NCBI GenBank assembly: GCA_964304625.1
Contig: OZ199840.1
Span: 3,547,631-3,611,630, forward strand
Length of the DNA: 64,000 nt
Direction of reading: 5' to 3'
Origin: Kudoa neothunni
Lineage: Eukaryota > Animalia > Cnidaria
Shown here: positions 52,239 through 64,000 of the stretch, piece after piece
How the letters are laid out: the number at the start of each line of letters is the position of its first letter
Position numbering within the stretch: position 1 is the stretch's first letter
Notes under the pieces: generated by a model
What the model was told of the DNA's origin: nothing
Databases searched by the model: none
Seen by the model: the letters and a program-made list of their open reading frames with translations, nothing else
Made by a program: the position numbers and the translations under genes

Positions 52239-53486
52239 TATGAGATTAAATGGATTCCTAAATTACGTTTATAATAGCGTTCCACAATTTAAATTAAAAA
52301 AGTTTAAATTATTCAATTTTATAGTGTTAATATTAAATTAGAGTGGGCGCCAAAACTACAAATTAATTGATAGTAACTTTTCGTCTTGTCTATACGCAAC
52401 CGCAATTTCTGAGCATTAATAAAATTATTTTTATATTTTTTAATACACCAACTTAATTAAATTGGTTGTTTTGATAATAATTAGAACCAATATTGAGTGG
52501 TTTTAATTCTATCAGCAAGCTAAGACTCATCAATGTCTAATAGTTTTGTAACGCATGCGCACATATATTTGTCTGCAACTCATTGATTGACCGCTCGAAT
52601 TGGCAATTTTATTTTATAAACAATATGTCGGAGAATGGTAAATCTACAAATTATCATTTGTCTTTCCGATTAATCATCTGTGTAAATTTACATTCAGATG
52701 AAATAACTAAAAAAGAAGAGGATAATGCGACGGTACAACAATCCAGTATTGATGGATTACAGTTTCATTGCCGTAAAGGAGTTTATTTAATGGATTTAAG
52801 TATATTTCGCAAAATTTTCTCAAACAATAATAGTAGGTTTAAATTTATTTGTTACCATTTCTAGTTCAAGAACCTGAAGATCTATATGGAAATATGACCC
52901 TAAAAAAACTACGTAAACTCAGATCTCATATTAATGATATTGTAAGCAGTCCTTGTGTCGGCTGTTAAAATGTTATTTTTCGGTGTAGAATTGTCAACAC
53001 ACTGAACAAGTTCAAAGTATAAGGTCGCTTTTCGACCCAACCAATATTTTGTTAATGTATCTACAACCAGATCAAATCTCGTTGATTAGAGAACGATTGG
53101 AAGTGATTTTATTTATTGTCTAGCCGATTGATTTTTTTTAGGGACTTTCAAACTTGTCCGCGCAATTAGACGTTTTTAACAACGAAATTCACACTGATTT
53201 TAAGAAGGTAACTCTCTGATAAATAAGGACAACATCAGAATTAATCTCGCATCTTACTATTTTAGATTATATCAAAAATTGATGCAATAGTTTGGCACGA
53301 ACGATGCTAAATATAAAACAAAACCTCTAAATTATTTGGATGAGTAGCCACTTTTTTTAATTCAACACATACAGCTTTTTTTGAATTTCATATAAAATAT
53401 TACTGTTTTCAAATAAGACCAGAAGGTGAAATTGTTATTCTTAGCAATTTGGAACGCAAATCGAGCGGTAGTAGGCAGTTAATTAA

Positions 53487-55856
53487 CTCTCTAACGACAT
53501 TGGGGTGTGCTACACTCCAAATCGATTTTAATCTGGCTATTCTCATAATTTTATAAGTTACATAAGTTGAGAAAAGTTTAGAAAAAAATGTGAAATTAAG
53601 TTTACATCAAAAAATCTAACTCTAAAGCTCTAACGACATTAGGATGTATTTCACCCCAGATTTTTGTTTGATAAGTTTAGTTAAAATATTATTATAAAAT
53701 GTTTGGTAAAATTATTTTATATTCTAACGAGAGCTTTTGGAGGAATATCCTCACAATATCACAGATTAATCCTTAATAATCTTATTCGGACGGCATTATC
53801 ATTGTATCGTATATTTTCGTTTTTCGCTTGGTGTGTTATTCCATTTGTTCCTTACTTAAATTAGTCCGTATTTAATAAATGTTATTTAATATATATTTTA
53901 AATTTAAATATTAACTCTTCTTTAAAATTTTACGAAATTATCTAATACACAAGGGACGATGTATTCTCAGGTCTCAGGTTATAGAGACGAAAATTTACAG
54001 TATGGTAACATTTAACTTTTATAACGTCATATTTTATTAGAATTAAAAAATAATTGTTGAAATTCGTAATTATTTTAATTAGTAAGTTAAGATGTGACAG
54101 AAAACCAAACAAATAGCGTTATGAAACTCGCGTGGTTCGCTTGTTTTTAAAAGTAAATATGAGCAGTGATTTTTCGGAATTTATTGAGGAGCAGGAATCC
54201 TATGGTAGTGAAGTCGAAGACTGATTATCTGAGTTTCTAGAATCATCTGACGAATACTATGAAATCGAATGTAACCAAGATTCCTGTGAAGGAAACGTGG
54301 GATTGTTTGGAGCCTTATTAAGCCACCTGTTTCAAAAATATCGATTGAAAACATAATTAATTGTAATTCAGGACCAACAGTTTACTGCATTCAACTCATA
54401 AAGAAGTTTTGGATTGTTTCTTGGTATCCCTTAATGGAGATATTTGTGGAGAAATTATTAAAAACGTCAATATGTTTGGACATGATTATTCTAAGGATTC
54501 ATTGCAAGAAGTTGATGATGTTGAATTTAAAGGGTGTCTAGGATTGCTTACCTTAATGAGAATTCATCAAGAGAGAGAGCAGAACTTTTTTGCTTATCTG
54601 AAGGGAGGCAAATTTATCGTCAGCTTTTTTCTCGAACTCGTTTTTGACAAATATCACGAGCACTACGCTCTGACAATAAAGGCACAAGCATGCAAAGGAG
54701 TGCTGATAAATTCGCTGCAATTCGTGATGTTTAGAATATGTGGGTGAACGAATTACAATTACCCAAGACGCCACAATTGACGTACAACTTTTCCCCTTTA
54801 ACCCTCGAAGGACCGTGCTCAAAAAACTTACTTGTGTAACCATGGGCGTACCTCAGAAGTTTTCTATGATGGCAATTGTATTTTCTCTTAATTTTTTAAA
54901 TTTATAAATAGTTTATTTATGACTATTAAAAATGATATCCGAATAATCAAATTAATAAGTGAATCAATAGGAAATTTCAATAAGCATTACCAATATAATC
55001 TGTTACAATCTATCTTATTGGTGAGTTATAAGATAGACACAAATATTTCAAATCCTTTTCGAAAATATAAAAACAAACGGCAATGCATCCCATTAACATT
55101 GCACACGGTTGACCTCAGTAGTCTCTATGTTGATTGGTGGATTATATTTGATCTAATTCACTGAACGGAATAAAAATGTATGTTATAGTCAAAGTTTTAA
55201 TTAATATTTATTTTGGGAATTTTCTTATTAAATTATATTTGCTCAAAATTAGTTTATTCTTCTCTTTATTCAATTATTTTGCACCAAACTAATTAAATAT
55301 TTAAAGTTGAATCGAAATTGCATAATTTAATCCATTATAATAATACTACATATAGAAAGAAAATATGTAAGGGCGTTCTATGACTATTTGAAGTGTCGTA
55401 TTTTAATGAATTTTACAAAAAAAACATCAAAAATATGATACCGCCCTTAATTATTGAGAATTCACACGTTTTGGTGAGTATTAACGTGAATCCCTAAAAC
55501 TATCTTTTGGCATCATCAGAATCTTTTTATGCAACATGAGGGAAATCCAAACTGTAAAGTTCTCCTTGTATTTCTTATTTATTCGTGTCATTATAATTAC
55601 TTTATTTCTATATAATAAGTAAACATTTGATACGTCGCTTAAAAAATGATTTTTAAGGCATGTAAATAAACCGACGACACATTGAACACATTTTTACCAG
55701 AATATATGTCGTCTCTTTTTTACAAAAGTTAATATAAACAAAACTGACATAATTATAGATTACACGAACTTATAAGCTAGAATTTAGAGTTTTGATAGAT
55801 AAAAACTGATCTAAGAAGAATGGGGGCTCGAAAGACCCCACATGGTCCCGGGAGGG
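53487..55856 (+). mobile_element. Decayed, internally deleted piggyBac with a transposase remnant (about 54159-54810)
   Basis: TTAA|CTCTCTAACGACATTGGGG left end with an internal repeat at about 53628. The remnant shows an acidic N-terminus, EFKGCLGLLTLM, DKFAAIRDV and TIDVQLFPF. A GAGGG|TTAA right end lies at 55856, but the TIR match is imperfect. Confidence 0.7.
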
Positions 55857-55920
55857 TTAATAAATAACCCAGAAATATTTTTGTTTTAAATATTGCATAT
55901 ATATCCTACATTGTATATGT

Positions 55921-57009
55921 CAGGGGTGGTCAAACCATGGCTTGCGAGCCACATGTGGCTATTTGAAAGTTATGGTGTAGATCTTGAAAAAATGTTTTCC
56001 CGTTTAATTTTTTTTTAACTCAACCAGCGCGTTAATTCAGAAAAGTATAAAATTTAAACTATTTAATTAATTTAAAAGATGAACTCTTTAATCGTAAATA
56101 AGATAATATTTTTGATTAGAAATCATAGTTATAAATTACCATATAGTTTTAGCATTTGCCACAAATTAGAATTACCACTAGTTTTGTTAGGAAATGCAAT
56201 TAATGCTAATGTTTATCCATTACCAAAGTGATAGATATCGAAAGAATAAAACACGTATTAAAGCTTAAAAATGGTTCATAACTCCAACTAACTAGGCGAA
56301 TTTTGGAAATTTGTTCCAAAAACTAAATATCAAAAATTAAAAGAAATTTCCCTCGAACTTATTTCTATCTTTGGAACAACTTATTGATGTGAGTTTATTT
56401 ATTCAACGATGAAATTTGTAAAATCGAAGCATCGGGGGCCTCCTCCCCTTCCGAACAAACACCTGATCGATCTAATTCGGACAGCGTTAACAACGTACGG
56501 ACCAGATTACAGTCAGCTCATTGATAATATGGAAACATAAAAAACCTTCAACATTAGAAAAACAATCTCTAAACAAATATTTAGAAAGCATTAAATTCTT
56601 ATGTTACTACTTCATTATTTCATTCGTTAATTTTTAATTTAATTTTTTGTCAGACTACGATACATGATTGAAAAAATATGAAAAATTTTTTATTATTTTT
56701 GCGACCTTTTTCATAGAGAAAAAGTTTCTTGGAGCATTAACTACTAATTTACATTTTTGGAAAAACCATCATAAATATATCTAAAAAAGTTATATGTAAG
56801 TTTATTAGCGATTCACTGAATAAGAAAGAATTAAAAAACCTTTATTTATAATTCTACAGTATTTTATTTTAATATTTACCAAAAATACTCCAATAATGTA
56901 CGTTTTAAATAAAGAAGAGGTACATAATTGATTTTAATGCCTTGTGGCTTTTGAAAATCAGGTCAACCCTAATGTTGGCTCCCGATCTGGAATAGTCAGG
57001 CCATCCCTG
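55921..57009. mobile_element. Non-autonomous hAT element, 1089 bp
   Basis: Perfect 8-bp TSD GTATATGT (55913-55920 and 57010-57017), TIRs CAGGGGTGGTC and GGCCATCCCTG, and subterminal TGTGGCT motifs. Confidence 0.9.
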
Positions 57010-57768
57010 GTATATGTCGTATGGTGATGGGTGGTACTTTTATCCGGAAATATGATTAAATAGTTCTTCCGGATAATCGAACATTTATCGACACGTAATG
57101 TCAATAAAATCTAAATTAAATTTAAAATTTCTTCATGATAGCGTGATTACCAGATAATCAATCGAGGTTCGACTGTAAATAATTTTTAAAATCATTCAAA
57201 ATATGAGAGAACCTTTAATCTGTAAATAACCAATGTAAATACGAGCGGTGCCACGTCTACGTACAACCAGTCCATTACTGTATTAAATACAGTATATATA
57301 ATTATTCCTGACCCCTAAGAGCGAGGTGGTGGATCACAAATAATTATATATAGTGGATTCTAAAAAATTAAACCTGTAACCAGCTTGTGAGTTGGAGTTG
57401 CTGAGATTAAAAATTCTCACTGTGCGATCGTACATGTCATTTAGAATGAAATTTTACCGCGCCAATAGCATCTGCCTTATAGTTATCCCCATTTGGGAAG
57501 TGCTTGGTAGAAACTTAAAATAATGTCCATAATCGGATAAATTAACAAATATTACGATTTTTTCGCGCAGTAAGATTAATTCTAATTGGAAAAAAGTTAT
57601 CTATATATTTATAACAGCTAGAATTTCCAACAACACTGACTCATACAACGCACACAAATAAACAACACAAATGATGGTGGTAGTCAGACAAAATATCATC
57701 TAAATAGTAAAAATGGTTCCAAATAATATCTATTTGATATGCTGGTGTAGAATAACAACAGGGTGGAT

Positions 57769-59036
57769 TTAGGTCGAGTCAAAAGCTTGATTAAGAGCTT
57801 CCTAAATTAGCGAATAACAAATTATAACCTCTCGAATGAATTACCAATGGTTTCAATTCCTTGGGATCAATAATATGGAACTCGGAGCAGAAAAAATAAT
57901 AATGCTTATAGCATTGATTAACGTGGGCTTCCTAAATCACCCTATTAACACAATTCCAACATCCACAACACACATACTGCTTGCAACTCTTTGATCGCAT
58001 CAAAATGATGTATGTAGACATGAACAAATACACGATATAGTCTGCTAAAAATCTTTTTACAAATAGGGACGAAAGTTTTTGGGAATGGTGACCCTGCAAT
58101 AGTGATTATATTAGTATTCGAGTTGACCGATCAAACAGCAACAATAAACACTACCTGCATCTTGCGGGAAAATGGTTTCGTCGTTGATAATCTCTTCAAT
58201 CCAATCCATCAACAGATTGATATATTTTGGGGCCGAGAGAAGAGTGGGCTTCTTGTATTCTTTGTTATCTTGCCAATGGTATTGATATCGTGGCCCTCCA
58301 GACATAACAGGACAACTATTTTCAGTACAATAGCTGCTTATGGTATCGTACAAAAGACTGATACGATTGTAAAAGTCGACCACTAGATAACAACCCAATA
58401 AGAGACATAATACAGTGTGGCAATGTTAACGTCAAACTTTGAATTTATCAATACACACATTAACGAATAAATTATTCATTCGTACCAATTACACCAGTTA
58501 AATGTATTTATTGTGTTGAAAAAGATGGGTTGAAATGTTTTTATTCAATTTTAGTGATAGTAAAGAATTAATAGTTACAATAAAAACTATCGTAACCGAA
58601 TACATTTTAAATCTGTTGTTCATAGGAATTTGAAATAATTACCGTGAACTGCGTACCATTCATTTTTATCCTCTCCTTCTGGCAGTTTCACTGACAACCT
58701 AAGGTCGATACCTCTTTTAAGAGTGTTCTATAATTTGAAAATCAAACCCGAACAATCATTATCAACCAGAGTTGTGAATACCTTGGCTTGGATGTGCAGA
58801 CGCTGTCTCACAGTGCCTTCATCGAATTTCTTTTTAGCTCTGAATGTCTAAAATAGCAAAATTCAGTGGTAATGAGGCAACCAACGAATTGAATAGCATA
58901 TCAACTCTAGTTACGGACTGCGTAAACTTGTTATGATTTAGGTGTGTTAAATTAGGATAGAATTGATATATATTCAAAGTTTTAACGTTGGGTGAAAAAT
59001 GAATAAAATTACACCATCATTTTTTCGCTTGAACAT
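57769..59036 (-). CDS. MOB3: MOB kinase activator 3, 7 exons
   Basis: MFKRKNDG|[33 protein letters not shown]|[56 protein letters not shown], the MOB3-type signature. Confidence 0.93.
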
Positions 59037-60428
59037 CTCTCACACAAAGATAATAATATGCCTCGGCAGCACTCGAGCGTTAATTTTTCGGTATAGCCCT
59101 AATTAGTCAAATACGATAATTTTGAGGTAGATCACTTTGTGATCACGCTTCCGATGAGTTTGATGTAATATTGAATGTGATTAAATTTAGTAATATTGTT
59201 GGAAACAAAATGTTCCATTAGTTTAGCTACTATAGCCCTAATGTAACAAAAACAGTATTCAATCCGATGATTCAACTACTAAATCTCTTTGTGATATTTA
59301 TAGCAGTCACTGTTATATTATATGGTTGAGTGAACGATTTTTATCTTATATATGTAAAATTTCAATTTATACACACGATTATTCGTTTTCTATGAGTTGA
59401 ATATCAGCTGACATCATAAATTAATCCTGCTGGGTTTAATCATTAGTTTAATTGTCCTAAGACAACTCTAGATTAGGAATTAGGCTAGTTGAATTTGAGT
59501 TCATTCGATATTTTAACTCGAACATAGTTATAAAGTAAACTGGATGTTTCTAAAATGATTATATTGAGTATGGCCGCTCTAATACACCCACTATATCAGA
59601 GCAATTATCTGATTTTTAAGCGTTAATCTTGGTGTATGTATGGCCGACTAAGTTCACTTTGAAATTGTCATGGGATTCTAAATATAAAAGCAACAATATC
59701 GAATAGATATATTAATCATAGGTATTCGTTAATTTTCCATTTGAAAATTTTGTATTAAAAGGCCTATTTTATAAAAATTAAATAATCGCACGTACAATAT
59801 TATTTGAGTTGATACACTTGTATAATATTGAAAATAATAGAGCAATATCCTAAAATCATTCCTATTTAATCTTCTTTATGTAAACATACTTTATTTTTGG
59901 TTTTTTTAACGTTGATATTTTGATTGATTAGAAACGGTTATTGCGTGTTTGAAAGAGAATTTGGAAACAATCTCAAATTAATTTTCGCACGCTGAAATGG
60001 AGGCCGGAAAATTTAGTAATGCATAATATTAAAATTTCTGAAACAAATATGTTTATTTTTGTACTAAGCGACTGTTAAATAAACATTTTATAATCATTTG
60101 AACAAATTTTAGGAATTTACGAAAAATGCCGATTCCGCGCTAATTTTTCTCATTATCGTTGTGTATTTATAATTCGGTTTTTTAATAAATTTCACTTTTC
60201 TACAATAATTTGATAAGGTATATTAACTTGCGTGATTATTTTAATCTCACGCATTATGTATTTAATCCGAGAGTTGAACTCATATTTTGTTTTAATTAAT
60301 CCTTTATTTATTTATTTTTTCCAAAGAAAAGCATTTAGAGAAATTTTACATTTTTAACCCACGATGTAATAAATTAATTAATCTTTCATAATATTTTTTC
60401 ATTTATAAAACATCTGTGTGCGTTTTAA

Positions 60429-62507
60429 CCCTTTAATGTTAATGCAGTGGTTTTCAACTGGGACTAAAATTTTAATGATATCAAAACTGAATAGGGGAAA
60501 TTTTTGTATAATGTAAATGATGACGTACTTTTGGGTTTCAGAGGAATTTTATTACTGGGGCTATTGGACTCAAAAATAAGTAGGTAGAATTGCTTCAAAT
60601 ATTTAAGGAATACGTATTTTACAATTGTTTATTAAAAGTCTCTTTATCTTATGCCTCGTTTATCTTTTAGTGACGTAATTTAATAATAAACTTAACGTGG
60701 TTATTCACATGGTAAATAATATTTTGGTGTCACTAATTTTTATTATTTTTGATTATTTCTGAGTTTGTGCTTGTGAGCGAAGGATTACGATAGAAATAAA
60801 TTATTTTAGCAAAATATAAAAATTAAACCTGTAGATAGGTTGTGAATACGAATTAATGGGATTACAAATTGTGTTTACATAGGTGCACACGCCTTTTAAG
60901 ATTATAATTTACCCTGCCATAACTAAACCATTATAAAACTTTAAATTAAATATGAATTTGACTTCCAAGTTAAGGAGTTAAATTTAGATTTTCCTCCTAG
61001 ATGCCTAGATGAGGGAGAAATTTTGAAAAAACGGTTGAGAATCAGGCTGGATTATCAGACGATTTTTGTAAATCGTACCAAAAAATTAAAATCGTACTAA
61101 AATTTTAAAAATAATACAAATAATATAATTCTAACAACATTAAACTAATTGAAACTGAAAAAATAATTCATAGGATCCATTTATACATCAAAATATTAAT
61201 TCATTTAATTTCCTCATCATATAGGTTTATTTTTTCCATCATTTTAGTCAATTGGTCAGATGGATTCCATTCCATGCTGCTAGCGTCTTTTAGTAAATAT
61301 TCAATATATAATGGCGCATTTATTGTTTCGTCTTCCAATATATATTTGTTTTTAACTTTTTTTTAATTCGCTAATGAAAATAATCTGTCAGCAGATCCGG
61401 ACGAATGAGCCAAAGCAAGTAAAGACAGCATTAATTTTGAAAGTAATCGATACTTATGTTTCTCCTCCTCTTTCGTTTGTAACCGCATACCAATATTTCT
61501 TTGGTCTTTTTCAATGAAATGACCATTATTTTGCAAGCTAAGTTCTATCTATCAACTGCCAAAATTTAAATACTCATCTTCAACAATAATGTTTGGAAAT
61601 CTCTTTGAAAGGGAGGGGTAAAATGGAATGGGGGTTTCCTTCACTGACATTTACAGAATGCATTGCTTCAAATAATTGTATTGGCATAAATTTTGTGATT
61701 TTGAAAAACCTTTGAAATACCTGTTTCAGCAGTAATAAATGGGGATGCAGAGTTTTGGTAAGAATGGAAACAAGATTTTGAGTACTTACTCCAGTAGTAT
61801 TTTCATTCTGTACTGATTCTACTTTTGACTCATAATAAAACTTATCCTGATTAATATATTTTAATCTCCAGAAGGTGTTATTTTTCGATCAGATTTCTCA
61901 AAAAATAAGTACTTATCATTTTTATAATATTTATATAATATCTTAAAAGGAATTCCTTAGTTTATGAACTCTAAACTCTCATCTTGTAATTTAATTTTGA
62001 ATTTATTGACTATGAGTAAGAAAAATTTGAAATGTATGGTACATTCTATTTACGAGTTTAAATAGAGGTGTAAATATTTTAGGTGCAGATTTAGCCTCGT
62101 TTTCTTATGGTCCAACCTTGAGAAACCTTGTGAGAATTGCCCATTCTCCCAATATTCTATGAATATGAATAACTTGCTCAAGAGACAGCCATCTTATGCG
62201 ACAAAGATACAATATGGCCTGATGCTCGATGCCGAATAATTATTGTAATCCGTTATATTTATTTTGATTTTTTGAGCTATTTGAGGAATATAAGTGGATA
62301 CTTTGCGCCATATCTTCTAACACTTAATCTCATGTGGCATACACTTCTAATAATTCCATCTCGAAACTCATTGACTTTAAAACGTACCACATTAAGTCGA
62401 AGTTGTACCAAAATAACCAATCCCTTTATGTAGGGAGAAAACGTACCAATTCTGACAACCCTGTTGAGAACTCCTGATCTCATGACTAGACTCTAATCAT
62501 TATAGGG
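60429..62507. mobile_element. piggyBac-type termini enclosing nested hAT elements
   Basis: TTAA|CCCTTTAATG ... CATTATAGGG|TTAA, with hAT-like ends at 60445 (CAGTGGTTTTCAAC), about 61049 and about 62476. Confidence 0.55.
61260..62400 (-). pseudogene. hAT transposase remnant
   Basis: RIRWLSLEQVI..RILGEW and the dimerisation domain KYRLLSKLMLSLLALAHSSGSADRLFS..LEDETINA, with stops and frameshifts. Confidence 0.8.
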
Positions 62508-62846
62508 TTAAAGAGATATTGGGGTGGAGTTGTGAAAGGCGAGCCGAATATTTTTTCTACATTTATTACTTATTTTTTATTTTATGAAATAATCCACAAC
62601 AATTTCATTGTAATATAATAGTACGATAACGAAGATCTATAAACATAAACAACCCTCGAGTAAAATAGTTCTGTATTAAGAAAAATTTGGATTATAAAAT
62701 AGTTAAAGCTAATAAATTAATGTTTCCTGGTCTGATTGAAATTTGATGTACTCTAAAATATCCAATTTGCTCCGAAGTCAACTCACAATTTTTTATTCGA
62801 AATGTTATATATTATTTCAGTAAACTACACTCCTGTGGACATAATA

Positions 62847-63244
62847 CAGTGAAACCTGGGATTTCGACCATAACCCATTCTAAAAGTGTGTTCGAACCCC
62901 GAATAATTTTTCCCATGCAAACTAATGAAAATTAGTTATATCCGTGATCGCACATCAAATAAATGATTATATTTATTCTTATTTATGAAAAGACATGCAT
63001 ACTTTGTGTTTATAAAATATAAAAATGAAATATAGGATAAATATTTTGTTGTTGTCATACGATGGATTATAAACGATTCTCTTTCAATGGCGTTCGCACA
63101 ATTTGATTCAGCGACTCTTCCATAATTTCTTTTCTCCTCTGTTTTTGCCCCAACTGGATTTGATCTGAATACCCTTTCTATATGTGCTTGAATTCAAAAG
63201 TGTTTCTGACTCTAAATTTTTGATCGAACTCCAATGTTGCATTG
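62847..63244. mobile_element. pogo/Tigger-like MITE, copy 2 (empty site)
   Basis: TA|CAGTGAAACCTGGGATTTCGACCA ... GATCGAACTCCAATGTTGCATTG|TA; colinear with 16721-17297. Confidence 0.85.
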
Positions 63245-64000
63245 TATTACAGAAATTTAATTGTAAAATTTAAATAAAATTTTACATTTCTTCGATTATT
63301 TGTCATTTTTATTTTCTGATGAAATCTTGTTTCTTTATATTTCCATGCAATATACTTAATATATAAAAATTGGTTAATTCAAATACTATAAACGCAAGAT
63401 TTTATTTAAGGTACACTGTTTTGACATTGATATTGATATTCACGTGAGTTAATCCGATGTCATTATATTAATCCGTCAAATTAGTGTAGTTATTGATATG
63501 TTGGAGTATATCGTGTATTTTTAGTATCAAAAATTCTCAACAATTTGTTTAATTTTTAAGTGAGAATTTTTCAAAATACTAAAAAACATTAAAAATCATG
63601 AAAAATCTTTTACAGATTGATAAGATATTACTGAGAAATAGTTTTTATATATGGCTACTACGAAGTTAGACCATAACACAGAAATAAAAACTAGTGAAAA
63701 GAACTTTGATGAATTTTTGATATTTTTAACACTATTAAACAATGTTTGAACGATTGAGAAATACTGTTTAATTATCAGTTCAAAAAATTTTCAGGTTTCT
63801 TACAACAAAACTTGAGTCGATTCTTCATCTGAGGTTGGTAACTGACCAATAATTTTTCTTGATTCGACGTATTACAAATATTTGTGCTCTAATTTAGCCA
63901 TGATATGGAAACCGTTTACTCGTGCAGTCGTATAAATATGATGTTTGAATTTTCGTATCGAAAAACCTATAATGTAACAACAATGTCATATTATGTCGAT

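Noticed and set aside
52583-53400. ORF and coding-like sequence before the decayed piggyBac
   Set aside because: It has multiple stops and no recognisable motif; it is possibly an old TE fragment but cannot be supported.

Overview
This is AT-rich eukaryotic genomic DNA, not prokaryotic. It has compact genes with mostly 35-60 nt GT-AG introns, highly divergent animal-type proteins and many DNA transposons, which fits a reduced-genome metazoan parasite such as a myxozoan (inference only). Nine genes could be read by manual splicing: MRPL50-like (-), TIPIN/Swi3 (+), exportin-2/CSE1L (-), MRM3-like SpoU methyltransferase (-), thymidylate kinase (+), ALKBH1 (+), 6-phosphogluconate dehydrogenase (-), TMEM94 (-) and MOB3 (-). 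There is also one unidentified, disrupted multi-exon locus. Mobile DNA includes a near-complete piggyBac with TTAA TSDs and a triplicated palindrome, a decayed piggyBac with a related CCCTCTAACG MITE family, a Merlin/ISXO2 element with long TIRs, several hAT elements and pogo/Tigger-like MITEs. The most notable observations are: (1) a 131-bp TG...CA solo-LTR-like insert carrying a tRNA-derived Pol III promoter, with a 5-bp TSD confirmed against an empty paralogous site in the window; (2) repeated nesting of hAT elements into the ends of piggyBac MITEs; (3) an MRM3-like protein that has lost several SpoU catalytic motifs; (4) systematic +1 homopolymer frameshifts in conserved genes, most likely assembly error. 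All homology calls come from motif recognition by eye; no searches were run.
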